Below are positions 17,201 to 31,200 of a stretch of 64,000 bases of DNA, in pieces; the first letter of the stretch is position 1; the number at the start of each line of letters is the position of its first letter. This DNA is from Paramecium tetraurelia (Eukaryota), in the NCBI GenBank assembly GCA_000165425.1, contig CT868285.1, forward strand, positions 186,001 to 250,000. Direction: 5' to 3'. The position numbers and the translations under genes are program-made. The notes under the pieces are model-generated. The model ran no database searches. It worked only from the letters and a program-made list of their open reading frames with translations, and was not told where the DNA came from.

Positions 17201-19198
17201 TAAACTTTATTTCAAGTCTTAGAGTGTTTGAATTTATAAAATTAGGAGCAGAAATAGCCCATAGCATCAAATATGCTTAAATAGCTTTAGTTAATGCGTT
17301 GGTGAAGATGGTGTAATTAAGCATATTTTGCTTTATACTTTTTTTAGTGTATGGAACATTTGCAATGAAACTTTTAAAAGGATATAACTATTATTGTACA
17401 GAGGTAGATCAAGAGGAAAATCAAGTGCATTCAAACATTGATTGTATGGATTATGGTGGCTCCTGGCAGAAACATAGATTAGGATTTGATAATATTTTGG
17501 ATAGTGCATTGACTCTCTTCGTAGTGGTTACTTCTGAAGGTTGGTCGCCAATTATGGAATAAATTTGGTCAATAAGAGGAGAGAATCACACTCCAGAAGA
17601 AAATTATAATAGGTATTGGGCGATTTACTTTTAGGTATTCTTTTTTATTGGAAATACATGCATGCTTAATATGTTTATAGGTTTGGTGGTAAGCACATAT
17701 GATGAATCTAAATTGAAGGCCGAAGGTACATTTGAGTTGGAAGGCAATCAAAGGGAATGGTTTGATATTAAAAAGTCAATTCATAAATTATAACCAAAAG
17801 TGAAGTCGAGAAGACCAAAGGCATTTTTCAGAAAAATTGCTTTCTTTTTAGTTAAGAATGTAAATTTAAAGAAAATTTACTTGGTCGTTATATTCATTAA
17901 CACTTTATCTTTAAGTCTCTGCTATGAGAATCAAGATGCTCAATATAAGAATAGTTTAGAAATCATTAATTTTGTTTGCATTCTGATTTTTATTTTTGAA
18001 ATTGTTTCTAGATTTATCGCCAAAGATTTTAAGATCTATATCAAGGAGTTGATAAATATAATAGAAATTATTGGAATTTGGATATGTTTGGTTGAAAAAA
18101 TAATAGATATAAAGGAAATTGGAGAGTTTTACTTTTCGCGTTGTTTTAAGGCACTTTCGGTGGCTATTTAAATGCTGAGAAATTTCAGAATTATAAAGTA
18201 AAATCATATAATTGATATTAAGGCGTTTCAACCAAATAGAAAGATTATTTCACTCGATATTCTCAGTTATACCTAATGCATTATCTATGTTATATATTAT
18301 GTTTGTATTTCTGTTCATCTATACGAGTCTTGGAATTGACATCTTTTGTTATTTAAGGCCATAGAAATACATTGATGATTTTGATGTACATTTTCGAAAA
18401 TTTACAACTGCAATGTTTTCATTGGTAAGAGTTGCAAGTTCAGAATTATGGTGGGAATTGTTGGTAGATGCGTTGCATACTAGAAGTCCTGATTTTGCCT
18501 GCATTGAGATTGATAATTACTAAGACTTCTTGGTCTATGGTTATAATGGATGTGGTACAACTATCGCTTACATTTATTTCATAACATTTCATTTGATATT
18601 TTCTTTGGTTTTACTAAATTTATTTATTGCCTCTATTTTGGGAGCTTATGAAGAGCATGCTAAGTAGGAACAGAATGCCATATCAAAATATTAATTGAAT
18701 GATGTACTGTCTTATTGGGTAGAGTATGATCCATATGGAACTGGTTTTTTAAATTACAAATAATTTTGGAGACTTTCTTCACAAATTGCGATATGTTTTG
18801 GAGTCAGTGGGAAGGATTTGTTGAACCCAGCAAATAAGAAGAACTTTTTAAAGGCACTCAATATTCCCTTGTACGAGGAGAAGGATGGATTGATGGGGTA
18901 TTTGTTTCATGATGTCATTGTGTCTCTTACGAAGATCAGTGTTGAATTAAAATATGGAGTTAAGGAGTAATGAGTTTTATTATAAAATAGTTTGGAGAAG
19001 AAAAATCACTTAGAAAATGAATTTCATCATGATTATTATCGCCAATTTTCTAGGACTCCCTATAATAGTGGACAAATGACAGCAATAATATATTTGCAGA
19101 ACAAGGCAAGAACTCTAATAAATAAAAAAAGAGGGATAAACTTTTTAAATATTGAGGCTTTAAGATAAGAATTATAACAATAAGCTGAAAATTAATGA
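14270..19198 (+). CDS. Four-domain voltage-gated cation channel alpha subunit, copy 2 (tandem paralog)
   Basis: Colinear with copy 1. Pore loops CLIGW / YNEEW / TSEGW / SSELW. Shares intron positions with copy 1 (e.g. 15297-15322). Confidence 0.93.
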
Positions 19199-19228
19199 TA
19201 TTATTATTATAGTTTATAATTTAATCTT

Positions 19229-20828
19229 ATGGGGTGTTGCTGTTCTATTAAATCTCCAAGTCAGACAACTCTTGGAAGAGAAGTTGAGTGCCCAAAGTGT
19301 TAATAATTATTTCCATCTTACACAACGAATCATGCTGTAAAAATATAAAATTTTAATTTGAAGTTTAATGATCATTTAGATAATTGCCTTATGTCTTCAT
19401 AATAAAATATAAACAAAACAGAGGATTATAGAGGAATTAAATATTGGGAAAAGGTTTAAAATGAATAAGGATTTTAATGGGTACTAAAAGAATACAACCC
19501 CAGTCTCTAAATCAATGAATAGGTAACTATGTTAAATAAAAAAGAATATTTCTTCAGAACCTTTTGGTTAAAAACAAGTTTGGTTCAGAGCTAAATTAGA
19601 AAAACTTAGAATTCCTTGGCAAGTAAATTTGACAACAAATACATTAGAATGGATGCACGATTCTGTCAGTTTCTTAAAATCATTTACTTGAAACCTCCAT
19701 AGAGAGTATAATGAAATTGAAATCTCGTCTTTTACATGGGGAATTAAAAATTAAATTTCAGGAAGATTAAAAAGTCTAGGATGCAGGAGGTTTGCTTAGA
19801 GAATGGTCTACTTCTATTCTTTAATAATTAGTTGAAATGGAATATTTATAAAAAACAGAAACAAAGGAACTTACATATAAATTTAATCCAAATATTTAAT
19901 CAAATACTATTGACAAACGATAACTCTTCTCTTTTTTAGGAATCATAGTTGGCAAGTGTCTTTTTGAAAGAATTCCACTTAGTTCCTTTTTAGATCGCAC
20001 CATAATTAAACACATCTTGAGATAAAAAGTAACCTTGGAGGATATCAAATATTTTGACGAAGATGTAAATATATCATAATTTCTTTAGCTATTCTATTCT
20101 TGGTAATATTTATTGAATAACAATATTGATTAACTAGATCTATACTTTTAATTAGAATATATTGGTAAGACAATCAATTTAAAAGAAAATGGATGTGAAA
20201 TCAAAGTTACAAATTCAAATGTTCAAGAATATGTTAATTTAAAGTATCTTTCTTTCTCAACATTCTAGTATATTCTTTTACACTCAATAATTTTTGGAAC
20301 CTTATTTATCAGATTTCTTGACAGGATTCTATTAAGTTATTCCAAAAACTTTATTAAGGATTTTCAATCCTTAAGAATTGGAAATGATCTTATTTGGACT
20401 CCCTTTCATTGATCTTTAGGATTGGTCCAAATACACAATATACAAAGAATGTTCTGCAGAGGACTACTTTATTTAATGGTTTTGGTAAATCCTGAGCGCT
20501 TGGAATTAAGCTGAACTATCTTAATTTTTGAGATTTTGTACAGGTTCAACTAGAGTTCCAGTAGAAGGATTTAGGTATGCATAATAATGAATAGCAATAG
20601 CAAACTTGAAAGTAACAGAGGAGAAATTTCATATTTCTGTATTTAAGCCAGTGAATTCGATAAAGATAATCCATATCCTAAGGCTCACACATGTTTTAAC
20701 AGATTAGAATTACCAAAGTAAATATTAGGCTATCAAAATCTATTAGATACTAAGAATTAGAAACAATGGAGGTGTTTCTGAAGGCAACCATTCATGAAGC
20801 ATTGGAAGGATAATTTGGTTTGGAATGA
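19229..20828 (+). CDS. HECT E3 ubiquitin ligase with N-terminal acylation motif and UBZ-like zinc finger
   Basis: MGCCCS start; CPKC..FNDHLDNCL; HECT motifs DAGGLLREW, FLRFCTGSTRVPVEGF, PKAHTCFNRLELP; ends GQFGLE*; multiple tiny introns. Confidence 0.92.
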
Positions 20829-20893
20829 TTTTTTTATAACTTATAATCAATTTTAAGTTCTAATTAGTTAGTTTCAATAAAATTGTAAATTAA

Positions 20894-22424
20894 TCAATTT
20901 TTTTTCTTTATTATTTTTCGCTGTTGTTATTGAGGAAATTGTTATTGTTATTATTACTGTTATGATTAGTAATTATAAGTATTGGTATTATAAATAATGT
21001 TTAAGTTTTGTATTTTTATTTAGGGTTAAGATTGTTTTAATGGTTGAGTTGCTTTTAATTATTAATTTTTGGAAGGTGCAAATGAGAAGCCATTTCCAAT
21101 ACTAAATCCATTATATTATGTCTATGGCAATTTATCAACTGAAGTGGTCTTTTTCATATTAGGTAATTCCCTCTCTGCTGTATGTTAATCAGATATTTTA
21201 TAATTATAGGCAGTGCTCTACATCAACACATGGCCACTCAGAAAATTAGGAACTGGTTTAATATTCTACAATTATGATTATGAGATCAATTACTTTGGTT
21301 CTTATTTGATTGGTATGTCCAATTTGAGTTTGCTATTTCTATTAACTCAAAACAGAATCTCTTTTGATATTACCGTCATTTTAGACATGATTCTATCTGC
21401 TCTCAATTTATTTAATATATTCTTGTGCCTCTGGATAATCAGCAAAATAAGGATGTTTTAAAGCATCCAAACAAGTGAAACGCTCTTTAGGATCCATTCT
21501 CAGTAATCCTTTGACCAATCCAATAGCCTTCTAAGGTAATTTGCCTAGATATCTATAATATTAGTTTATAAATACCTTCTCTCTATGGTCTCAGGTTTAC
21601 CAATTTCAGGGAATTTCATTCCAAGAAATCTTGGATTCTTTTGAAATACTTCCATTTGCTCATGTGTTAAATTCCCAAGAGTCTTTTAGATCAAATATAA
21701 TTGATCAGTTTCATTTTCTCCTGGGAACATGGGTTCTCCATCTGTTAGTTCACAAAGTAAACAACCAATAGCCCATAAATCTACTCCTTTTCCATAGGTC
21801 TGATAGTTCAATAGAAGTTCAGGAGATCTATACCACCTTGTAGCAACGTAATCTGTTAAAGTATCTGGTAAATTGAGGCTCTACAATAAATTAACTTAAA
21901 ACCTTACTCTCGCAAATCCAAAATCAATAAGTTTTAAGTTATTTTCATTATCGATTAGAATATTTTCAGGTTTGATATCTCTGTGAACAATATCATGATA
22001 ATGAATAAATTCTATGGCCTTCAACAATTAAAAAGCTATTTTCTTCAGATACCCTTACTTAAAATATTAAATATCATACATCTAAACCATTGGGCGACGC
22101 TTGCAAAACCTCAAGTAAATTCTTCTCTACATACTCAAATACTAAATAGATTCTCCCTTTTCTTTTGCTTAATTGATACAAATACCTCTTGAAAGCTTCG
22201 AATAAATCAATAATATTTGGATGTTTCAATAGTCTTAACATCTTTACCTCTCTCTATATACTTTTTTTAACTATCTCATTCTCCTCCGTCTCTTTGAACT
22301 TCTTTATTGCCACTAATAATATAAAAACCTTTCTACCAATCTGGTTATTCTCTTTATTTTCACATTTTAACACTATTCCATAAGCTCCCTCTCCTACTAC
22401 TCCTTTAACCTCATACTTATTCAT
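20894..22424 (-). CDS. Cyclin-dependent kinase-like kinase (CDKL5/LF5-like)
   Basis: [57 protein letters not shown]-rich tail. Confidence 0.9.
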
Positions 22425-22973
22425 TGAAACTGAATTATATATTATTAATATAGAATTTATAAATTATTGAAATTGTATGAAAACAATTTCAAAGTAGAAA
22501 TTTAAATAAGTAAATCAGGAATATCATATCAATAAATTCCATAACATTTCTCTATTTTAATGTATATAATTTCAAAAAGTAGAATCTTATTATGATTTGG
22601 CAATTTAGAGACCAGATAGTATGGAATTTAATTGGAAAAAATGTTTAATTAGACAAAGTACGACTTTTAGATTAAAGACGATTTAATAGTTAAGTTTCAA
22701 AGGAAGACAAAAATAAATTTAGGAGATCAAAAGAGTCGTTTTAGCTTTAGAATAATTAAATAAAGATAAAATATTTTAATACATGAAATAAACTCAACAT
22801 AAATATTTTGATGAATTTTATATTATATATATAAAAGATGAATGGAAATATATTATCGTTAATATAACACTTTAAATGACTAATTTGAAATAAAAATCCA
22901 AATTAAATCTAAATTACTTGTGGTTTTTAAGTATAATAAAATCATTATTGTTAATTATTAATAATTAATAAAA

Positions 22974-24512
22974 ATGAGACAAAAGTCTGACTCATGTTTC
23001 AGCTCCCACTCAAATAGATAGGATACTCTATGGAAAAGAGGGTATCCTAACATCCAATATGGCTCTTAATTGGTGACTATAAATGGTGTGAAATTCAAGG
23101 ATACTCAAAAATAAATCCTGTAATTTAAATTTGCTTATCTCCAAAACAAATATTTGGTAGTCGATCAAAAGTATATTAACTTGGAAAATATTTAAATGAA
23201 AAGGATGATTGTGCCATAATAAAGTTTGGCATATCTAAAACTTAATAATAATTTCGATTCTCTCGAAATTATTGGTTCAGTTCAATTGATTGGCGAGATA
23301 TATGACTATTGTAAATTATACACGATCTAAGAAAATTTTGAGAATCATTACTAGATTCTTAAGTTAATGGGCAAAGGATCCTTTGCCCATTAACTTTAAA
23401 ATCAGATAAATCGAAAACTAACAAATTTATGCAGTAAAAATATTTAATAAAAACAAAATGTTTGATAACGAAGAAGAAAATTAAGTAAATTATTTTCATC
23501 ATTATTTAGAAAAGTTTGTGGAAAGAAATCCAAGTCATGAGACTAATGAATCATAAACACATCATTAAATTACGTGAAGTATATGAAGATAATAATAAAA
23601 TATATATTGTAACTGATCTATTGAATGGTGGTGAATTAATATCCCATATTGAGAAACAAGTTAAAGTATACGATGAATCTCTAGTAAGAAAACTAGTTTA
23701 CAATTTATTAGATGCTTTAGTATATATACATGAAAGAAAGATTATTCATAGGGATATTAAACCAGAAAATTTAATCTTAAAAGATGAAAATGACATTTCG
23801 AATATTGCACTCGCAGATTTTGGATTAGCAGACTTCTATTAAAAAGATGGATAATATTTATTTAAAAGATGTGGCTCATTAGGTTATGTAGCTCCTGAAA
23901 TATTGCAAGATCTACATTATGATTTTAAGGTTGACATATACTCTTTAGGAATTGTAATGTTCTTACTATTAACTGGTGAGTAAGCATTTAAGGGATCCAG
24001 TACATTAGAAGTGTTATAAAATAATACTTATGGAAAAATAGATGCTTACAAACTAGCTAATTGTCATGTCAGTTTGGAAGCAAAAGATTTATGTAAATAA
24101 ATGTTGAACTTTGAACCAATTTAAAGACCCTCTGCTGAATAAGCCATTTAGCATCCTTGGTTTAAAGTTGATAACAAACACATATCCCTTCATACAATAT
24201 CGATGAACAGAATTCCATAAAATCTTAAAGGTTAAAAAGAGTTTTTGTTTAGCCTGACTCCATTATGGGTTAATAAAAGCTTAAGAAGCATTAACGATTC
24301 TTCTGATAATCTATGTGCCTTAAGTAAAAATAGTTTATATTAAAGCACTTAATGTAAGGGACAGAACCATAAACGAAATTCTGGACAATCATCATTTTAA
24401 ATTAGATTCAACAGTTTATGATTTAGAAGACGATTACATTAATGAATAGGAGTCAGTTGCTAATCGGATTGAAAATCACAAACTACTTGTAAAGTAAAGA
24501 AGTCTGCCATGA
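22974..24512 (+). CDS. CAMK-group Ser/Thr kinase with apparent +1 frameshift after the Gly-loop
   Basis: [40 protein letters not shown] and YAVK lie in different frames near 23391-23400. Confidence 0.8.
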
Positions 24513-25087
24513 ATATCTTTCAACACTTTAAATATTTAATTTAGAAATTAAATTTCTATATAAATTCCTTGAAATCTCTCTCAGTTTAAACCATTTTAAT
24601 ATCATTTTTTATGTGTTTTAAATAATTTTCAATTAATCTTCATTCATTTTCATTTTCTATTCATAGCAAATATTACTCATTACATCAAAAACTATATGCT
24701 GTAATTAAGTTCGGAATCTTTTACTTTAATGTAAGTATATAGGTAATCATAATATTTTATTAGCTATCATAAAATGTTTCTTCAATTCAAGTCTTAAGAC
24801 TTTTACTTTATTTTCCTATTATTTTTTTTGAGTGAATTCAATATCAGATAGAGAATATGCATCCTCTCTTTTGCTGTAAAATTATCAAGTGAAAATAATT
24901 ATTTTATTAAACATTATAAATATTCATTTTATTTATATAATAATCTATTGAGACAAAGAGTTTTTAAACCATTATTTGATAATATTGGATTTTTATAATT
25001 TATAATATCAGTCTAATATCTAGGTGAAGATTATGATACTTAAAAATTTTGGTTTTATAAATATTTAATTTACAGCAAAACATAAAA

Positions 25088-26043
25088 TCATAAACTTGAA
25101 TTGTATACAACAGATCCTCTATATATGTCTACTGGATCTGCAGTTAAAAAACTATTATTCCTTTCGTAGACTTAGGATTGAGAGGAAACTCGTTTGCTAA
25201 TCAGAAATAGAAGGCAATCTAGAAACCCTTACAAACATGCAACTATTTAACTTATTCCTCCAATCCATAATATGTCTCCTTCCAAAATGATATAAAAAAT
25301 GGAACTAATTAAGATCGGAATCCAGCAGAAAAAATGGATTAAGGTATAATAAAAAAGGAATTTGGTATATTGTTCTCCAACAGTAATTTGACTATTTTGT
25401 GACATTAAAGTTCTTCTATTAATAATAAAATCATCATGTCCTAATTTATTTTATTAAATTTCTTTAAGAAATTTCTGTATTTTAACAAGGAAATATATGC
25501 TTGCTCCAAAAAGGAATCCAAAGGGAACATAGAACAATAGTAATTCTCCTATCCAATATGAATCTTGAGTTTTGAAACCACAGGCATAATACTATTTTCC
25601 ATATCCACTATATGTAATAGGAACAAGAGCTATCAAAAAAGGACACAGAATTGAAAATATTTTAGCATTCCTTTTGTATATGTCATATCTATCATCAGTG
25701 ATATCTATGTTTTCGACTATTGTGAGAAAAGTAGTTAGGCAAAAGAAAAAATTAACAATAAATGTAGAAACACTTGAGGACTATTTCAATAAAGCTTAAA
25801 TTACACAGAAGACTCCATCAGTCTCTAATTTATATTTCATAGGTTACATGGAGTAGGATTCATGACAACAGCGATGACATAAATTGCATCACTTATTGAC
25901 AATATTGCTAATAATTTTCCTGCAAGGTTGGCATTTTGTTTTTGTTGAAAATAATCAACTAACAACACTGAGCATCCAATCAATGATAATATTGATATAA
26001 TTATCAATAATGTCAAATATAGAGTACTTCCCATTTCTTGCAT
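25088..26043 (-). CDS. 7-TM GPCR-like protein (Dictyostelium cAMP receptor / Crl-like)
   Basis: Seven hydrophobic segments with SILSLIGCS, LSISD, FCVIQA, YVPFG, FFCWIP, LQGFLDC; one intron near 25826-25850. Confidence 0.8.
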
Positions 26044-27158
26044 CTTCAAAACTATTAAGAATTAAATTAAAGAATTATTGAAGTAAATATTATTTTATAT
26101 CTATAAATAATTAAATGAATCAATATATCATATATCATCAATTCTTTAGTTATTAATATTTCTTTTTCATACTATAATATATTTATTTATCACCCACCAA
26201 ACTTATTTATAATGATAAAGAATTCAATTCCTAAAAAGATAACTACTTTAGCCAATTATCATTGGAATAAAACTATTCGATTAGCTCAATATAAAATTTA
26301 TACTTTAATTTTGAAGAAATATTATATTTCTATCTCCTTAATATGATATTAATTTTATCTTTACGATTGGTTCATTTTCACTCTATTTATGATAAAAAAG
26401 ATTCTTTTTTATTCTCAGAATGATTAGAATAAATAATATTGCTATAATTTATATTCTACAATTTAACTTTAAACCATTTGAGTTCATATGGAATTGTAAA
26501 ATGAATAAATTAGGGAAAATGAAGATATGCATTATTTTTGAGAAATTGGATTATTATTTTTGGATGCATCTGATAACTCAATCACAAAGATTAAATGATC
26601 GTGAATGTAAATAGGATGAACTCATTAATAAAAGTGATAAAAGAAAAATTAATTAACAAATAAATGTGATAATAATATATAATTGACAATTTCATTACGT
26701 GCTCAAAAGCGTGATGATCAAATTGATTTTACGACAGAATCATAATAAATTTAGTAAGGCATGCCAAAATGCCAAAACAAGATTTTGAAAGATCATATTA
26801 AAGAGTTCGTGAATAAATCATTAATGCTTAAATTATGGTTGCTGAGTGAAAAGTATGCAATAGAGAATGCAATTGTGGGGATTTGTAATATTAAACATTA
26901 ATTCATTGCGCTAGTCAATAAATCAAAGTAAGCGTCATTTTATGATTAAATATAAGACATAAGAAACAGACATTTTGAATCAATAACAGAAAGTCGATCA
27001 GTTAACAAAGGATTATTAGGTTCAATTTAAACTACTCTGTAAAGGATTACATAATAAACCTTATGAAGTCAATCAATAAGGGGATAATGAATGTTGTACA
27101 ATATTGTCAAAATGAGATATGAAACATATATATCTAGATTATGTGCAAATAATTTAAA

Positions 27159-27227
27159 TCACTTGCGTGCCTTACGTCTCTTTCTCTTGAGTCTTCGCAT
27201 TCTCTTCTTTCGCCACTTTTCTCTCAT
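27159..27227 (-). CDS. RPL41: Ribosomal protein eL41
   Basis: MREKWRKKRMRRLKRKRRKARK* (22 aa), nearly identical to eL41. Confidence 0.95.
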   Translation of the reverse strand: MREKWRKKRMRRLKRKRRKARK

Positions 27228-28226
27228 TTTTAATTTATTATTAATATTAATATGTGAAGAAGATTTAAATAAATTTAAAAATTCTTGTAATTTATTTAAT
27301 AAGCACAAATATTCTTATATAATTTATTTTTATTCAGTTCCATTTTTCAATTTAAAAAAGGGGATAAATCTAATCAAAATTAAATGCCTAGATCTGATGA
27401 GTTGAAAGCTGTTAACTGAAAAACTTTTCAATTGAAATTGTTTATCATTTTTTTTGACTCTTTATTTATTAGTATTCCCATCCTATTTCCTCTATTACTT
27501 TAAGATTACACTTAAAAATCATAAAAATCTGATGCCCTTCATTTATGCAATCTTCAAATGATCATTTTTCTTTATTATTTTATTTGTTTAGATATGATTT
27601 CTTTAGTTTTTCAATTTTCCAAAATAAATAAATCTATTTCCTCTACTAATGATTTACTTATTAATCCTGATTCTATTTATTTTATTTCATCTAATCTTTC
27701 ATGATAAAATGTTTGAACACTTCTTAGAAGTAAATGTTTTGAAATTCATTTTTAGTCATAAATCTTCTATTAGGTTTCAATTTTACCAATATGGATTAAT
27801 CTGACTTGAATCATGTATATATCCAAAAGAAGACTTTTCCTTAATTAGGATAGTTTCCAATGAGACTAGGAATTTGACCCATTTAGATAATTATGATTTA
27901 ATTTTGGTTTTTTATTAAGCAAATTTTTGATATAAATAATGACCTAAATCAATCAATCTCATCATCTATGTTATATATTTCAATAATTCATTATGTAAAG
28001 GAGTTATTTGTATTTATGCATTTAAAAAAAAGGATATTTCTTAAATGCAAACTCCTTTATATATTATAGGTAGCTTTTTGGACTATAAAAAGACTTTGCC
28101 TTTAGCATTATTTATCTGCCTATATTAAAATTGTTATGGTAATTATAGGATCCCCTCAGAATTTAAAACCTAATTTAATACTTCTTAAGCTAATTTTAAA
28201 AAATCCATTATTAAAGAATATAATTA

Positions 28227-31200
28227 ATGTATTTAACTAGACAAGGACAAGTGAGGACAAAGTATGCATTTCAACAAAAGAGTTTTCACGATAATGTGAA
28301 TAGATATAATTTTGAGAAGAAAACCATTGTCATTGATTATAGCAACGTTGACATTGAGAAATAGATTCCGGAATAGTATACAAAATAAAATTACAAATAT
28401 TGCTCTCAGATTAGCAATGTAGATTATCAATACGATATCCTTATTATTAATCCAGCATTGAGTGATTAGTTAAAGACAGATGGGTTTCAAGTGGTAGAAA
28501 TCCAGGCTCCAGTTTTGCCAATAGAATAGAGGAGATTTTTGAGTGATTATAACACTTAAGAATAAAAGCTCTTATTGATTCATAAGACAGTGATATCACA
28601 AATTAATGAGGAGAGAGATATCTTGATCTATTGTATGGATTCTAATGAGATTGAGTATCTCAGAGTCTTGTTTGAGCAATGTTAACTTAGGGTAATAGTT
28701 AAGATCAGCCATGAATTCGACAACCTATTCGATAGACTTATGCATCAACCTAATTACTAAAACACGGTTTTCTTGTTAATGGAACCTCAACAATTGGAAT
28801 CCTATAACATCACTTTGATAATCCACACAAATTAGAGAGAAGTTATTAAGAAGAGGGAAGACAACACAGTTGAATATTCATATCAAACCTTGAGCCAAGT
28901 TGATTTATCAGTACGAGAAATCTCCAGATCAAACAGCGAAGGAGTTATGATTTATTATGCCTTTTCTGAATAGCAATTCCTACAATTGCCAATAGAAGCT
29001 TAGGAATCACCAAAGGCGGATTTGGAGAGTGACAACTTTGAAAAACTGTTGTGTAATCTGAGTAAATAAGAGGATGCTAGGCAATTGCATAAATTCGCAG
29101 TTATGATTGCTGCTTTATTTACATCTGGTTAATTGTTGTAGGTATTTGACAGACAGAGTTTACAGAAGTAATTGAACATCAAATAGAGTTCATATTGGAC
29201 TAAACAAGGAGATTATCATTCATGGTATAATATAGTGATGCAGATAATTGAATTGTTGAATTCAGGTGAAGATGAAAAGATTTCAAGCATCATTAAGAAA
29301 TTCTGCAATGATAACAAAGTCAACTTAATTAAGGCTTTATTGATAATTGCAAAACTCAAGTACTTCTCTTTTCTCTATGAAATCGAGGATCTTGATTTCA
29401 TAGACGGTCTCCATTAACTGAATTTGAAGAAACAATCAAGCAGCATTGATGGATTTTAAACTGATAATGAGTATTAATTAGAATAGTTATTTCCGATTGC
29501 CAGAGATTGCAAAATGCACAAATATTCGATATAGAAGATCTTTAAGATTAATCTTCCATAATATATTCTAGGAATTAAGGAAGACTAAGTGCTTTATTCG
29601 GCTCAAGCTGAAAACAAGTTCAGGAAGATTTCAGTTTAGGAACACATAGTCTAGAACATTTGTTCTGCAGTAATGAATTTATTGTGGAATGATGAAGACT
29701 CTGAAATATCAAAATTAGAACACAAATATAAATGCATCATAGAACCATTCAATATCAACAATCTTGTCATCTATGCTGATAACAGTAAGCAAGTTGAAGA
29801 GGACTTGCTCAGTATTATTTCTAATTTCAAACTACAATTGAGTCAATAGATTAAGGAATATGAATATCAGAATTCAAACATTAGATTCATCATATCCAAT
29901 GGAGGACTGATTGAAAAGTGTTATTACTCCAATAATTCCATCTTAGAAATTAGTTAACTTAGTTTGGAGACTAAAGAGGCTGAAATCAGAAGCTTGATTG
30001 AACCTTATTCTCAAATCAATTCACTGAATCTAATCCCTTATAAAACAACTTAAACTGCTTAGATTGACTTGAGAGACAAAGATGCTACTCTAGAGATTAT
30101 TAATGATCTGGATGAGACTGAATTTTAGGGATCCACCATAAAGGTTTCATCTACTTACATAAAGAGGGAATAGAATAAAAAGTTCCACCCTTACATCATC
30201 AAACTCTCGTGGTTCATATATCATTGTAAAGGCAATGCTGAGATTACTTTCAACAACGAAATGGCTGCCCAAGAATTCTATAATCAATATAATGACACTA
30301 TTTTGGATGGCAAGAAGATGATCATGCAACTTAACAATGACGTTGTACAGATCTCTAATTTAACTCAGTTCATCACAGAATTGGATCTCTTCAGATTGAG
30401 TACCAAAATAAAATCTATCAATATTTCTAAATCCATCTTATATGAACCTAAATTTGATATATTCCAAAAGGTAGAATCACTTTTAATAGATGAAAATAGA
30501 AAACATCATGTTGGATATAAGCATCAATAACTCTACAGAATTAGAAATTAAAGGAAGGATTACAAAAGAGTCTTAAAATTGGGAGTGCCATCCATAAATT
30601 TTGTCAATTCTGCTTTGACTAATTTTAATAATTTGCTTATCCAATTAGGATTATAGTAGGTTAAATTATATTGTGAGGCTCAATATAGACATCAATACAA
30701 AGTGAAATAGGATTTTATAAAGTTTGTGAGAAATAATATAAAGTCAATACAATAGAAATTTAATAACCTCTTTAGAATTGAGTAAGTAGACAATTCAGAC
30801 TCTGATATTGAGTTGCAATTAGTCTCCGATAATTATTTGGTGTTCTCCAAAGTGAGAGATACAATCCAAAACATCATCGATGGTTATGTGATTAATTTTG
30901 GAGAATTGAATACTATTCTCTTTAGCGATGTTGGGTAACAATTCCTTTAAGAATTGGAAATTCAAAAGAGTGTCATCATAAGTCTTGATCAATTCAAGAA
31001 AATAATCAAGGTCTATTGTTTGGATGATCAATTCTAAGAATTATAAGATATCATCAAATTGTTTTTGGAATCCAATTCAACAATCACAGTCCGATTGACT
31101 CCTTAGAAACTGAAGAAATTGTTGGGAGACGATTATTAAGGGTTGATATTTCTGTAATAAAAGTTCAAGTTAACTGATGTGATTCCAATTAAGAAAAACA

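Noticed and set aside
28045..28254. Upstream ATG as the start of the RBR gene
   Set aside because: That frame stops at TGA near 28252; ATG 28227 is in frame with the long ORF.
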